Shown one piece after another: positions 27,931 to 36,713 of a DNA stretch of 64,000 nucleotides. The notes beneath the pieces are model-generated. The model had not been told where the DNA came from and ran no database searches. It saw only the letters and a program-made list of their open reading frames with translations. Both the position numbers and the translations under genes were made by a program. Source of the stretch: Candidatus Shapirobacteria bacterium (GTDB taxonomy: Bacteria > Patescibacteriota > Microgenomatia > UBA12405). The number at the start of each line of letters is the position of its first letter. The first letter of the stretch is position 1. The stretch covers positions 131,428 to 195,427 of the forward strand of contig JBAZYN010000001.1 of NCBI GenBank assembly GCA_041659325.1, read 5' to 3'.

Positions 27931-30393
27931 ATGGATTACATAACGTGGCATTATAGCCAAGGTGTCAGGATATACCTTCAGTCCCTGCTGCTTAACCTTA
28001 AAAAGGTATCTCACTTTTTTTCTTTGACGTTATTGCTCAAGACCTTATTTTCTCCCTGGAAGAGAATGATTAGTAGCAGTTATTTAGGTTTCAATTTTCA
28101 AAAAATGTTTGAAAACCTGACCTTCAACCTCATCTCAGTGTGGGTTGGTTTTTCCGCCAGATTAATCTTAATTTTTATTTGTTTTCTCAGCCTGCTGTTT
28201 TTATTGGCCGGTGGGGTAATTGGCTTGCTGATATTCTTAATGTTTCCTTTTTTTGGTTATTCAACCTATATAAATCAAGAAAAACAAAAAAAGCAGTCAT
28301 TTCAAAATTTAATAAAAAGTACCATTGAAAATCCCGATAAAGCCGGTCTCCTGCTAATCAATTCACTTTTTGGGAATTTTTTTATTCTTCATTTAAGCCT
28401 AAATGACGATCTGATAAACCTAATTAGTCAGGCTAAAATTGATCCCCTAAAAACAGACATGCCGTCCCTGTCTTCATTTGAAGACTACTTGAAATCGCTG
28501 TTGTCTGGCATAGACCAATTTGAGGATAATTTGAGAACTTTTGGCCTGAACAAAGATGACCTAATAAAAACTGCCCGTTGGTGGGATTTAATCTGCGATA
28601 AAAATACCCAAATATCCAAGCAACACGAAAACTTAGGTAAGCCCGGAATTGGAGCAAATCTTTTGGTTGGATATAGTCCAAAACTCGATAAATGTTGCGA
28701 AAACCTTAATATAAGCGATCAGCTTTCCCACAGTCTCATCGGTAGGTCTACTCTTGTAAACCGAATAAAAAATGTTATCGAGTCAGGTCGTAATATTATT
28801 TTAGTCGGCCAGCCCGGAGTTGGAAAAATGACGGTTGTCTTTGAATTCACTCACAAAGCTATAACCGGACAGCTCGGTAGTTTCTTCGTAAATAAACGCG
28901 TGCTAAGGCTTGATTACCAATTAATTCTTTCCCATGGGAGTCTTGAAGAAAAAAGACTCGCCATCAAACAATTATTAATCGAAGCCAAAACAGCCGGCGA
29001 TATAATCCTCGTCATCAAGGAATTTCATCGTTTAGTTAATTCAGACGCCGGTTACGATTTTATTGATATATTTACAGAAATTTTTGATCATCTAAAAATT
29101 CCAGTAATTGCTCTTACCAACAGTGTTGAATATCAACGCTTTATTTCCCGTGATTTCAGAATTAATAAATATTTTGAAATTATCGAGGTTCTCCCTCCAA
29201 ACAAAGATGAATCATTGGATATAATTTTCTATTCAGCCTGGGATAAAGAAAACACGGGTGGAATAGCCTTCACGACTCAAGCGCTCAAGCAGATCCTGAA
29301 TGCTTCAGATCGCTATATAACCGACACTCCTTTTCCCGAAAAAGCCATTGAGCTTATTGACGAATTAGCCACAGGTAAAATTTCTTCCGGCCAGTCGCTT
29401 GTTACTTTGGAGGATGTCAACGAAGTTATTTCTCAAAAAACCAAAATTCCTCTGGCCCGGTTGACGGAATCAGAGAAAAAACAGCTTTCTGATCTGGAAA
29501 ATATTATTCATCGGGAGCTAATCAACCAGGAAGCGGCCGTCTCACTCATAGCTAAAAGCTTGCGTAATCGTTCTGTAGGTCTTAAAGACGAAAATAGGCC
29601 AATAGGCTCATTTTTATTTTTAGGTCCGACCGGGGTTGGCAAGACACAAACTGCAAAGGTTTTGTCCAAAGTTTATTACGGGCCAGATACCAAAATTTTA
29701 AGATTTGATATGGCTGAATATGCCGGCAACGAAGGGATTGCCCGCCTTATTGGATCAATAAGCCAAAATCAACCGGGCGTGCTTACTTCAGCCATAAAAA
29801 ATAACCCGGCTTCGCTTTTGTTATTCGACGAAATTGAAAAAGCCCCACCTGAAATCATCAACCTATTCTTAACCTTACTGGACGAAGGTTATCTAACAGA
29901 TGTTTTTGGCCAAAAAATTAAATGCAGTCATTTATTTGTTATCGCCACCTCCAATGCCGGTGCCGAATTTATCAGACAGTCGGTAAACAAGGGAATAAAG
30001 GATTACCAGCTCCAAAAAAATGTTCTCGAACATGTTCAGCAAGAAAAAATATTCTCACCCGAGTTTTTAAACCGTTTCGACGGGGTAGTGGTTTTCGAGC
30101 CCTTGTCTCCCAAAAATTTGGTAAAAATCACCAATCTTATGCTCGGCGATCTTCAAAAAAATCTTAATTTACGAAATATTTTTCTTGAATTTGATAATAA
30201 AGTCGCAGAAAAGATTGTTGATGAAAACTATGACATGTCTCTTGGGGCCAGACCTATCCGGAGAGTCATCGACCTGGTTCTCTCCGATATTATAAGTCAG
30301 GCAATACTAAACAATACAATCAATCTCGGTGACAAGATAATGATTACTACCGGCGCAGAAAAAGACCAATACCTTTGGTCAAAAGTTGAATAA
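27931..30393 (+). CDS. membrane-anchored double-AAA+ ATPase, ClpA/ClpB/ClpC family
   Basis: 820 aa. The N-terminus has ~2-3 TM helices. D1 is GQPGVGKMT with a degenerate Walker B (ILVIKEF, D->K). D2 is GPTGVGKTQTAK with LLLFDEIEKA and a sensor-2 GARPIRR in a ClpB-like D2-small domain. Confidence 0.75.
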   Translation: MDYITWHYSQGVRIYLQSLLLNLKKVSHFFSLTLLLKTLFSPWKRMISSSYLGFNFQKMFENLTFNLISVWVGFSARLILIFICFLSLLFLLAGGVIGLLIFLMFPFFGYSTYINQEKQKKQSFQNLIKSTIENPDKAGLLLINSLFGNFFILHLSLNDDLINLISQAKIDPLKTDMPSLSSFEDYLKSLLSGIDQFEDNLRTFGLNKDDLIKTARWWDLICDKNTQISKQHENLGKPGIGANLLVGYSPKLDKCCENLNISDQLSHSLIGRSTLVNRIKNVIESGRNIILVGQPGVGKMTVVFEFTHKAITGQLGSFFVNKRVLRLDYQLILSHGSLEEKRLAIKQLLIEAKTAGDIILVIKEFHRLVNSDAGYDFIDIFTEIFDHLKIPVIALTNSVEYQRFISRDFRINKYFEIIEVLPPNKDESLDIIFYSAWDKENTGGIAFTTQALKQILNASDRYITDTPFPEKAIELIDELATGKISSGQSLVTLEDVNEVISQKTKIPLARLTESEKKQLSDLENIIHRELINQEAAVSLIAKSLRNRSVGLKDENRPIGSFLFLGPTGVGKTQTAKVLSKVYYGPDTKILRFDMAEYAGNEGIARLIGSISQNQPGVLTSAIKNNPASLLLFDEIEKAPPEIINLFLTLLDEGYLTDVFGQKIKCSHLFVIATSNAGAEFIRQSVNKGIKDYQLQKNVLEHVQQEKIFSPEFLNRFDGVVVFEPLSPKNLVKITNLMLGDLQKNLNLRNIFLEFDNKVAEKIVDENYDMSLGARPIRRVIDLVLSDIISQAILNNTINLGDKIMITTGAEKDQYLWSKVE

Positions 30394-30484
30394 TCTACTC
30401 AAAGTTAAACACCTAGTTATCTCCAGTTAACGCCGAAAAACTTTCCTGTTAAATTCCCTAAACAAACATATTATATAATCAACC

Positions 30485-32434
30485 ATGGATGAAACAGATA
30501 TATCAATCCCGTACGGCGCTAATTTTAATCCCGACCATCATGATCGTGTGGCAATCCGGGTAACGGATGGAGCGGTTATGGGATGGGAACAAGTTCCCAA
30601 GGATGATAGGCTACCTCCATATGTTCAGCTTTCTAGAGAAGTTAGAACGGTATTAAGTCAATCAGTCGAAAAAAATGGTTGGCCGGAATTGCCAAATAGA
30701 ATTGAAAGTGTAGAATCTTTGTTTGAAAAAGCCTCTGAAGCTGTAGCCCGGACTTGGCAAGCGGAATTACTGGGGGATAACGGTCTTTTTCAAAATAAAT
30801 GCATAGAATGGGCTGAAAACATTACCGGGGATTCTTATGAAGCCAAATCCGCACGGGCTCTATTACTTGATGCAGGTCAATTAGAAACTAAGTTACGGAT
30901 TCGTCAGTTCGGTTCATTAGAATCGATAAAAAGCACTAATCCTGAAATCTGGCGGTGCTTAATTCTGACCTCTTCAGAAAGACAATCAGCAGGGCTAACT
31001 TTAGTCCGGCATTGGTTGAAAGCTGTTCCAGAAGAACAAATGAGTCAGTTTGGTATGAGTAAGAACGAACTAAATTTATTTTTAGATATCGCAGGGGTTG
31101 TTGGTAAATATATTGATCATGCCTATATTAAACAAATCGAACTGGCCGGGGCACCCGGTGGATCAAGTGTTTCCCCAAATAGAAATATCAAGGGGGCAGA
31201 ATTTTTATATGACGTCAACGGGAAAGATGGCCCAATCTTACCTTTTATAGATGTTTTTCCCGAAGAGCTTACTCGCCTGGTTGACGGAATAAAAATGTTG
31301 GCCGATAAAACGGAATTAATGGTTGACTCCGGTCAATTACCTGCAGATAAATATCAAGGGGCTGCAGATTATTTACGTCAGTTTGCCGATGTATACGCGT
31401 CTACAAATACTCGTTCCAAAGTCAATGATGATCCCGAAGAACTCGAAGAAAAAGAGGTAGCCGGGGAATATGAAAGATTAATTGAAAAGGGTTTTAGGCT
31501 ATTATCCTCTGGTTGTCCGATTGCTTTAATTCCCCAAGGCACCCCGTCACACGCCGGAGAAGCTTATAAAGTTGATTTGGAAATAAGACTTGCTTCTAGA
31601 ACAGAAGAAACCCAAAAAATAGATGATGAGTTAAAAGAGTTAGTTCCTCACGCCCAAACCCTTGTCGATAGCCATATTGATATTTTAGACAAGCCTTATC
31701 GCCTTCCTGATCAGATAATAACCTTCCAGCCTTTCGCTTTCGGCCCCAACACTTTTTGGTACACAAGAGGAGACTCGATAGCAACGAGCGAAGGAGGTGC
31801 AATTATTACTCACTCGAATGCAGTTGAAGATGTGGCAAAAACCCAAAATTTACCCGTCCTGGGAAGAGTTTTTAATTACCATCCGGATTCAGCAGAATAT
31901 TCAAAAGCAGAAATTGTCGAAACAGTGGCCCATGAAATTGCTCATTGTGTTATGGGTACCGATGATAAAAATGTCAATGAAAGGATTGGTCAACTTAGTG
32001 AATCAGAAATTGTTGAGGAATTAAAAGCCGAAACTGTCGCTATGAAATTATTATGGGAAACCAAATTAAAAAGTGCTGATAGTCAGACAATAGAACTGCA
32101 ATTTATGGCCAAAGTAGCCACCCTATGTGATTATCTAAAAAATAAATCAGCCTCATTGGATGATGCTGGCGCTCCATATTACTATTGCGGAGTTGCAATT
32201 ATTTCCGAATTGCTCAATCAGGGGATTATTGTTGGCGAAGGAGAGGGGTATCGGGTTACTGATTGTAGAAAAGGCTGTGAAGTAATCGCCGCAATGGGGG
32301 ATAATATCCTGAATAAGTTTTATTTTAATCCTGAAACTAAACCGGAAAATGTTCAAAAATACGTTGTTTCAGACGTTACCTCAAAGACCAATGATAATGA
32401 TTTCCAAAAATTTTTAAGTGTAATAAAACAATAA
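30485..32434 (+). CDS. hypothetical large acidic protein with HExxH motif (putative zinc metallopeptidase-like)
   Basis: 649 aa with no TM or signal peptide. VAHEIAHCVMG (HExxH) lies at ~aa 477 with downstream Glu residues. No other recognisable domain. There is no SD upstream. Confidence 0.6.
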   Translation: MDETDISIPYGANFNPDHHDRVAIRVTDGAVMGWEQVPKDDRLPPYVQLSREVRTVLSQSVEKNGWPELPNRIESVESLFEKASEAVARTWQAELLGDNGLFQNKCIEWAENITGDSYEAKSARALLLDAGQLETKLRIRQFGSLESIKSTNPEIWRCLILTSSERQSAGLTLVRHWLKAVPEEQMSQFGMSKNELNLFLDIAGVVGKYIDHAYIKQIELAGAPGGSSVSPNRNIKGAEFLYDVNGKDGPILPFIDVFPEELTRLVDGIKMLADKTELMVDSGQLPADKYQGAADYLRQFADVYASTNTRSKVNDDPEELEEKEVAGEYERLIEKGFRLLSSGCPIALIPQGTPSHAGEAYKVDLEIRLASRTEETQKIDDELKELVPHAQTLVDSHIDILDKPYRLPDQIITFQPFAFGPNTFWYTRGDSIATSEGGAIITHSNAVEDVAKTQNLPVLGRVFNYHPDSAEYSKAEIVETVAHEIAHCVMGTDDKNVNERIGQLSESEIVEELKAETVAMKLLWETKLKSADSQTIELQFMAKVATLCDYLKNKSASLDDAGAPYYYCGVAIISELLNQGIIVGEGEGYRVTDCRKGCEVIAAMGDNILNKFYFNPETKPENVQKYVVSDVTSKTNDNDFQKFLSVIKQ

Positions 32435-32465
32435 ATATAAGATGTTTACAGTATAATCGTGTTAT

Positions 32466-33536
32466 ATGAAATTATCCATCGGCATCGTCGGCCTGCCAAA
32501 TGTTGGGAAGTCAACCCTTTTTAACGCCCTTCTGGGGAAACAAGTCGCCGATGCCAGTAATTATCCCTTTTGCACCATCGATCCCAATGTTGGGGTGGTG
32601 GCTGTGCCCGACGACAAATTGTCGGTACTTGCGCAAATTGTAAAAACCGACAAAATTGTTCCCGCCGCCGTTGAATTCGTTGATATTGCCGGATTGGTCA
32701 AGGGCGCCGGCAACGGTGAAGGGTTGGGGAATAAATTTTTAACCAATATCCGTGAATGCGAAGCTATTTGCCACGTCGTTCGAAACTTTTCCGACCCAAA
32801 TATTATCCGTGAAGGTTCAGTTGATCCTCAGGGAGATTTTGAAGTAATTTGTACCGAGCTGATTATCAAAGATCTCGAGACAATCGATAAATACATTGAT
32901 CAAAACAAAAATAATGCAATTGAAAAAAATAGTAAAAAATTTACTCTAGCCCAAAAAATCAAATCCGAATTGGAAAAAGGACTACTGGCCGTTAATTTAG
33001 CCTTAAGCGATAAAGAAAAAGACATATTGAAAGAATTTTTCCTCCTAACCGCCAAGCCATATTTTATTGTTGCCAATGTCAACGAAAACATATATAAAAG
33101 CATTACCAATTACCGGTTACCAATTACCGATTACCAAAGTGTCATCCCGATTTCTGCCAAAATAGAATTCGAGCTTTCAGAGCTATCCCCGGAAGATCGC
33201 GAAAACTATCTTTTGGAATTGGGAGTCAAAAAATCAGGCCTCGAGAGAGTTATCCAAAAAGCATACGAGACTCTTGGCCTCCAGTCATACTACACTGCGG
33301 GTATCAAAGAAGCTCGGGCGTGGACAATTTACCAAGGCGCTTCCGCCCCTCAGGCCGCCGGTGCCATCCATACCGATTTTGAAAGGGGCTTTATTATGGC
33401 CGAAATTGTATCTTTTGATGATTTTGTAAAATACGGTGGCTGGCAGGGTGCCAAAGATGCCGGCAAGCTCCGCCACGAGGGCAAAGAATACATTATGCAC
33501 CCCGACGATGTAGTTGAGTTTCGTTTTAATGTTTAA
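32466..33536 (+). CDS. ychF: ribosome-binding ATPase YchF (Obg-like GTPase family)
   Basis: 356 aa. GIVGLPNVGKSTLFNAL G1, NYPFCTIDPNVG and a C-terminal TGS domain. TATAAT lies ~10 nt upstream of the ATG (possibly leaderless). Confidence 0.93.
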   Translation: MKLSIGIVGLPNVGKSTLFNALLGKQVADASNYPFCTIDPNVGVVAVPDDKLSVLAQIVKTDKIVPAAVEFVDIAGLVKGAGNGEGLGNKFLTNIRECEAICHVVRNFSDPNIIREGSVDPQGDFEVICTELIIKDLETIDKYIDQNKNNAIEKNSKKFTLAQKIKSELEKGLLAVNLALSDKEKDILKEFFLLTAKPYFIVANVNENIYKSITNYRLPITDYQSVIPISAKIEFELSELSPEDRENYLLELGVKKSGLERVIQKAYETLGLQSYYTAGIKEARAWTIYQGASAPQAAGAIHTDFERGFIMAEIVSFDDFVKYGGWQGAKDAGKLRHEGKEYIMHPDDVVEFRFNV

Positions 33537-33756
33537 ATTAAATATTACTAATACAGAAAATCTTCATCCATACGGAGACGGATTTAATTCTCTTGATCAG
33601 ATAAAAACTGTCGTAAAACAGAGGATGGAAAGTGGTCTAATACCAATTAGGGGCGCAGCCGTATTTTGGCCAACAGAAAACGGTATAAAAGTTAGAAGGC
33701 CTGTTAGGATTTTACCCGATGGTGAAATTGATTTCGCTCATGCCGAATATTTTTAA
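33514..33756 (+). CDS. hypothetical small protein overlapping ychF end and miaA start
   Basis: 80-aa ORF of non-low-complexity sequence (LHPYGDGFNSLDQIKTVVKQRMESGLIPIRGAAVFWPTENGIKVRR...). It may be real if miaA starts at the ATG at 33740. Uncertain. Confidence 0.25.
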   Translation: MSFVLMFKLNITNTENLHPYGDGFNSLDQIKTVVKQRMESGLIPIRGAAVFWPTENGIKVRRPVRILPDGEIDFAHAEYF

Positions 33757-34678
33757 CAAAATTTTGATCATCTCCGGCCCAACCGCCACGGGAAAAACCT
33801 CTCTTGCCTGTATTTTGGCCAAAAAATTTAACGGAGAATTAATTTCAGCCGATTCCCGGCAAATTTATCGGGGCTTGGATATTGGTACCGGCAAAGATCA
33901 TCACAAAGACACGGTTATTCATCTCATAGACATTATCAAGCCAAACGAATCATATTCCGTCGCTCAATATCGGCGGTTAGCTTTGGAAAAAATAAAGGAT
34001 ATCCACTCTCGTGGTAAATTACCAATAGTTGTTGGGGGTACCGGCCTATACATTGATTCGATTGTCAATTACAAAGAAACATTTTCTATAAAACCCAACA
34101 ATTTCCTAAGATTTTTTTTAAATATATTTCCTTTAAAATTATTGCAATTAACTTTAAGACTTTCCGACTTTAAGACTTTTAGACTTTTAAATAATTCCGA
34201 CTGCTCCAACCCCCACCGTTTAATCCGCAAGATTGAAATAAGATTGCTTCGTCGTTTCTCTCCTCGCAATGACGTTATCGGAGTCTCCCCTCCTTTTTCA
34301 AGGGAGGGGACGGGGGTGGGTTTTGATTTCTTGCATCTTTCCCTTACCGCCCCAAATTCATTTATATTCGAAAAAATTATAAAACGAGTAGGGGACAGAC
34401 TAAAAAACGGTCTGTTAGAAGAAATCGAAACTCTATTGAAAAAGTACAAATGGACTGATCCCGGGCTAAACACCCTGGCCTACAAAGAATTTGCTCCGCT
34501 AAAATCTGGCAAAAATCTTGCCCAATGCATCACCCAATGGCAATCCGATGAGCGCAAGTATGTTCGTCGCCAAAAAACCTGGTTCAAAAAACAACCCAAC
34601 ATCTACTTTATCGATATTACCCAAACTAGCCAAAAACAAATCATCAACATCGCCTCCAAATGGTACAATAAGTCATGA
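33719..34678 (+). CDS. miaA: tRNA dimethylallyltransferase
   Basis: ISGPTATGKTS P-loop, DSRQIYRGLDIGTGK, VGGTGLY and an NPHRLIRKIEI (DPQRLxRALEV-like) motif. The start may be 33740. The body contains two in-frame repeat-derived segments (see findings). Confidence 0.85.
   Translation: MVKLISLMPNIFNKILIISGPTATGKTSLACILAKKFNGELISADSRQIYRGLDIGTGKDHHKDTVIHLIDIIKPNESYSVAQYRRLALEKIKDIHSRGKLPIVVGGTGLYIDSIVNYKETFSIKPNNFLRFFLNIFPLKLLQLTLRLSDFKTFRLLNNSDCSNPHRLIRKIEIRLLRRFSPRNDVIGVSPPFSREGTGVGFDFLHLSLTAPNSFIFEKIIKRVGDRLKNGLLEEIETLLKKYKWTDPGLNTLAYKEFAPLKSGKNLAQCITQWQSDERKYVRRQKTWFKKQPNIYFIDITQTSQKQIINIASKWYNKS
34151..34191. repeat. GACTTTTAGACTTTTAAA-type tandem mini-repeat (copy inside miaA CDS)
   Basis: TTTAAGACTTTCCGACTTTAAGACTTTTAGACTTTTAAA. 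It shares a core with 40164-40211 and 55647-55697. Confidence 0.55.
34283..34330. repeat. GC-rich hairpin repeat (family copy inside miaA CDS, in frame)
   Basis: GTCTCCCCTCCTTTTTCAAGGGAGGGGACGGGGGTGGGTTTTGATTTC. It has an 8-bp perfect stem. Its GGGGTRRTTTTGATT tail is shared with 21161-21176 and 43063-43078. Confidence 0.45.
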
Positions 34679-35649
34679 AATCACATCGTGTAGAAATTTC
34701 CCTCAAAACCATTCTTTACGTTCTGGTCATCGCCCTTGGCGCCATCCTGGCATGGTACCTACGAGACATAATAATCCTTTTGGTTATCTGTTTTATCTTT
34801 ATGGAAGCTCTAAACCCAACCATAAATCATTTGCAAAAATATAAAATATCCCGAATATTAGCCATTATATTAGTATACTTTTTTATCCTTGCTCTGGTTG
34901 CTGTGGTGGTAGCGGGGGTCTTACCGGCGTTGGTCGAACAGACGGCCAGTTTGGCGGCCGCTCTTCCCGATATTATCAGAAACACCTCTCTGTTTGGCGC
35001 TTCAGCTGCAGACATTTCTAACCAATTCAAAATTCTTGAGAGTTTACCTGGCGATATTGCCAAGGCAATAGTTTCCGTATTTTCCAATATCTTTTCTCTA
35101 TTCCTAACCATGGTTATCACCTTTTACTTGTTACTTGAAAGGGAAAATTTTGACGATTATACTGCGAAATATTTTGGAGAAAAAAACAAGGCAAAAGTCA
35201 AGAAAATATTGGTTGATTTAGAGTCAAGACTGGGATCATGGGTAAATGCTGAAATCATCCTGATGGTTATCATCGGAGTAATGTCCTATGTAGGATATCT
35301 GATTCTTGGTCTGAATTTTGCCCTACCCTTGGCAATTATTGCTGGTTTTTTGGAGATTGTTCCAAATATCGGCCCAATTGTCTCTACCGCTCTTTCCGCC
35401 ATCGTAGGTCTGACCATCTCTCCGCTTACTGCCCTCCTCGCCATTGTCTGGGGGATAATCGTACAGCAAACAGAGAATAACTTTATTGTACCTAAAGTCA
35501 TGAAAACACAAATCGGACTTAACCCATTGGCCACCATCTTCCTTTTGGCAACCGGAGCGAAACTTGGTGGGGTTATGGGGGCTATCCTGGCTGTGCCCAT
35601 CTATCTGACCATCGACGTTATCTTCAAAGTCCTACGCGACAAACAATAA
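34675..35649 (+). CDS. AI-2E family transporter (UPF0118/PerM-like)
   Basis: 324 aa, ~8 TM. The conserved C-terminal NNFIVPKVMK...GLNPLA region fits AI-2E. Confidence 0.7.
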   Translation: MKSHRVEISLKTILYVLVIALGAILAWYLRDIIILLVICFIFMEALNPTINHLQKYKISRILAIILVYFFILALVAVVVAGVLPALVEQTASLAAALPDIIRNTSLFGASAADISNQFKILESLPGDIAKAIVSVFSNIFSLFLTMVITFYLLLERENFDDYTAKYFGEKNKAKVKKILVDLESRLGSWVNAEIILMVIIGVMSYVGYLILGLNFALPLAIIAGFLEIVPNIGPIVSTALSAIVGLTISPLTALLAIVWGIIVQQTENNFIVPKVMKTQIGLNPLATIFLLATGAKLGGVMGAILAVPIYLTIDVIFKVLRDKQ

Positions 35650-35654
35650 AACCA

Positions 35655-35948
35655 AAAACTCCGGACAAACTGTTAAGCCGATTTCTGTTTATGGGTTATC
35701 AATCTAGTCTCTTTACCTGGAGCTCCCAAAAACAAGGTACAAACGCCCCAATTTAAGATTTCCACCAGAAGGATGCTCGTTCCACCTCAGTCGACTGCAA
35801 CCTTTCGGCACAGAAGACGTCCTCGTCTCTATAGCATTGCCTTTAGCTTACGCCAAACCCTAATCTTCGGGTTCTGTGTTTTTTGTGGTTCGGACTTTCC
35901 TGCCCCCGCTGTTGCGGGAGCCAAACCCCTCAGTTTCTCCGGAGTTAG
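35655..35948 (-). ncRNA. rnpB: RNase P RNA (bacterial type, compact ~285 nt)
   Basis: Minus-strand read. P1 is CTCCGGAGAAACTG...CAGTTTGTCCGGAG (14 bp). P2 is GGGTT/AACCC. P3 is CTCCCGC-AACA-GCGGGGG. The P4 5' strand is AGGAAAGTCCG and the P4 3' strand is ACAGAAATCGGCTTA. The pyrimidine-rich plus strand contains only a spurious ORF. Confidence 0.7.
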
Positions 35949-35967
35949 TTTATTTTACACTCAAACA

Positions 35968-36144
35968 CTACTGAAGCAAAGCCGCATCAGCAGCAGAAAG
36001 AATCTTAAACATCTTTGTTCCGGTTTCCGGATCAACTGCTTCAGCAGCTGGTCTACCGTTTTTAAGCATTACCTTCTTTACCTTGCTTACGTCAACTTCG
36101 ACTGATTTTCTCGATTTGACGGAATAAAATTTAATAGTTGGCAT
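35968..36144 (-). CDS. hypothetical small basic protein (58 aa) upstream of rnpB
   Basis: Own translation: MPTIKFYSVKSRKSVEVDVSKVKKVMLKNGRPAAEAVDPETGTKMFKILSAADAALLQ. It is preceded by AGGAGGTGAAAGAAG-ATG, the strongest SD in the window. Not in the ORF track. Confidence 0.5.
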   Translation of the reverse strand: MPTIKFYSVKSRKSVEVDVSKVKKVMLKNGRPAAEAVDPETGTKMFKILSAADAALLQ

Positions 36145-36176
36145 CTTCTTTCACCTCCTGCGAATTTAATAAATAT

Positions 36177-36296
36177 TTAACGTCCAAGATCAATGTAGTA
36201 CAAAACTATGATTGCGCCGATAGACAACAGACTCAAGACAAAACTCTTCACCAAATCCTTTTTCAAAAACATAATCTCATTTTGAGTTTGATTCAT
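36177..36296 (-). CDS. possible 39-aa membrane peptide
   Basis: MNQTQNEIMFLKKDLVKSFVLSLLSIGAIIVLYYIDLGR. It sits directly upstream of the 58-aa ORF on the same strand, with a TATACT -10-like box upstream. Weak. Confidence 0.2.
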   Translation of the reverse strand: MNQTQNEIMFLKKDLVKSFVLSLLSIGAIIVLYYIDLGR

Positions 36297-36343
36297 ACCT
36301 AAACGCCAGTATAGCACAACAATTCTGCTACAATTAGTCAGGC

Positions 36344-36700
36344 ATGTCAACAGGTTTGTTTATCATCATTTCAATTAACTTTCTCTGGCTAGCGTATCTA
36401 ACGTTCATTATTTATAAAAAAAATAGCACCAAAACCGTGAATGTTGCCGGCTCTATTGTTCCTCCGGTCGGGACCAAAATAAATTTAATACGATTTAATC
36501 CATTCGAAGATTTGGGAGGAGATCAGAGTTTTATTCTTGTCATGTTGGACAACACAAATTCTGGTGTTATTATTACTTCATTGCACAGTCGCGATGTTAC
36601 GCGAACATACGCAAAGGCCATAAAAAACGGAGAAGGATACAATACTACTCTCTCTAAAGAAGAAAAAATGGCGGTTGTCAAAACCATTAATAATTATTGA
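36344..36700 (+). CDS. DUF4446-like membrane-anchored protein
   Basis: 118 aa with an N-terminal TM. FNPFEDLGGDQSFILVMLDNTNSGVIITSLHSRDVTRTYAK matches the DUF4446 pattern. Confidence 0.55.
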   Translation: MSTGLFIIISINFLWLAYLTFIIYKKNSTKTVNVAGSIVPPVGTKINLIRFNPFEDLGGDQSFILVMLDNTNSGVIITSLHSRDVTRTYAKAIKNGEGYNTTLSKEEKMAVVKTINNY

Positions 36701-36713
36701 AAATTAACCAAAG

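Noticed and set aside
34080-34380. Interpreting the miaA repeat-containing segment as a gene disruption or pseudogene
   Set aside because: The frame remains open. Flanking residues (NPHRLIRKIEI, FDFLHLSLTAPNSFIFEKII) align with conserved MiaA regions, so the repeats are in-frame linker insertions rather than disruptions.
35773-36105. 110-aa plus-strand ORF from the six-frame track
   Set aside because: It lies on the pyrimidine-rich strand opposite a well-folding RNase P RNA and the upstream small gene. Its Pro/Arg/Cys-rich sequence is typical of an anti-sense artefact.
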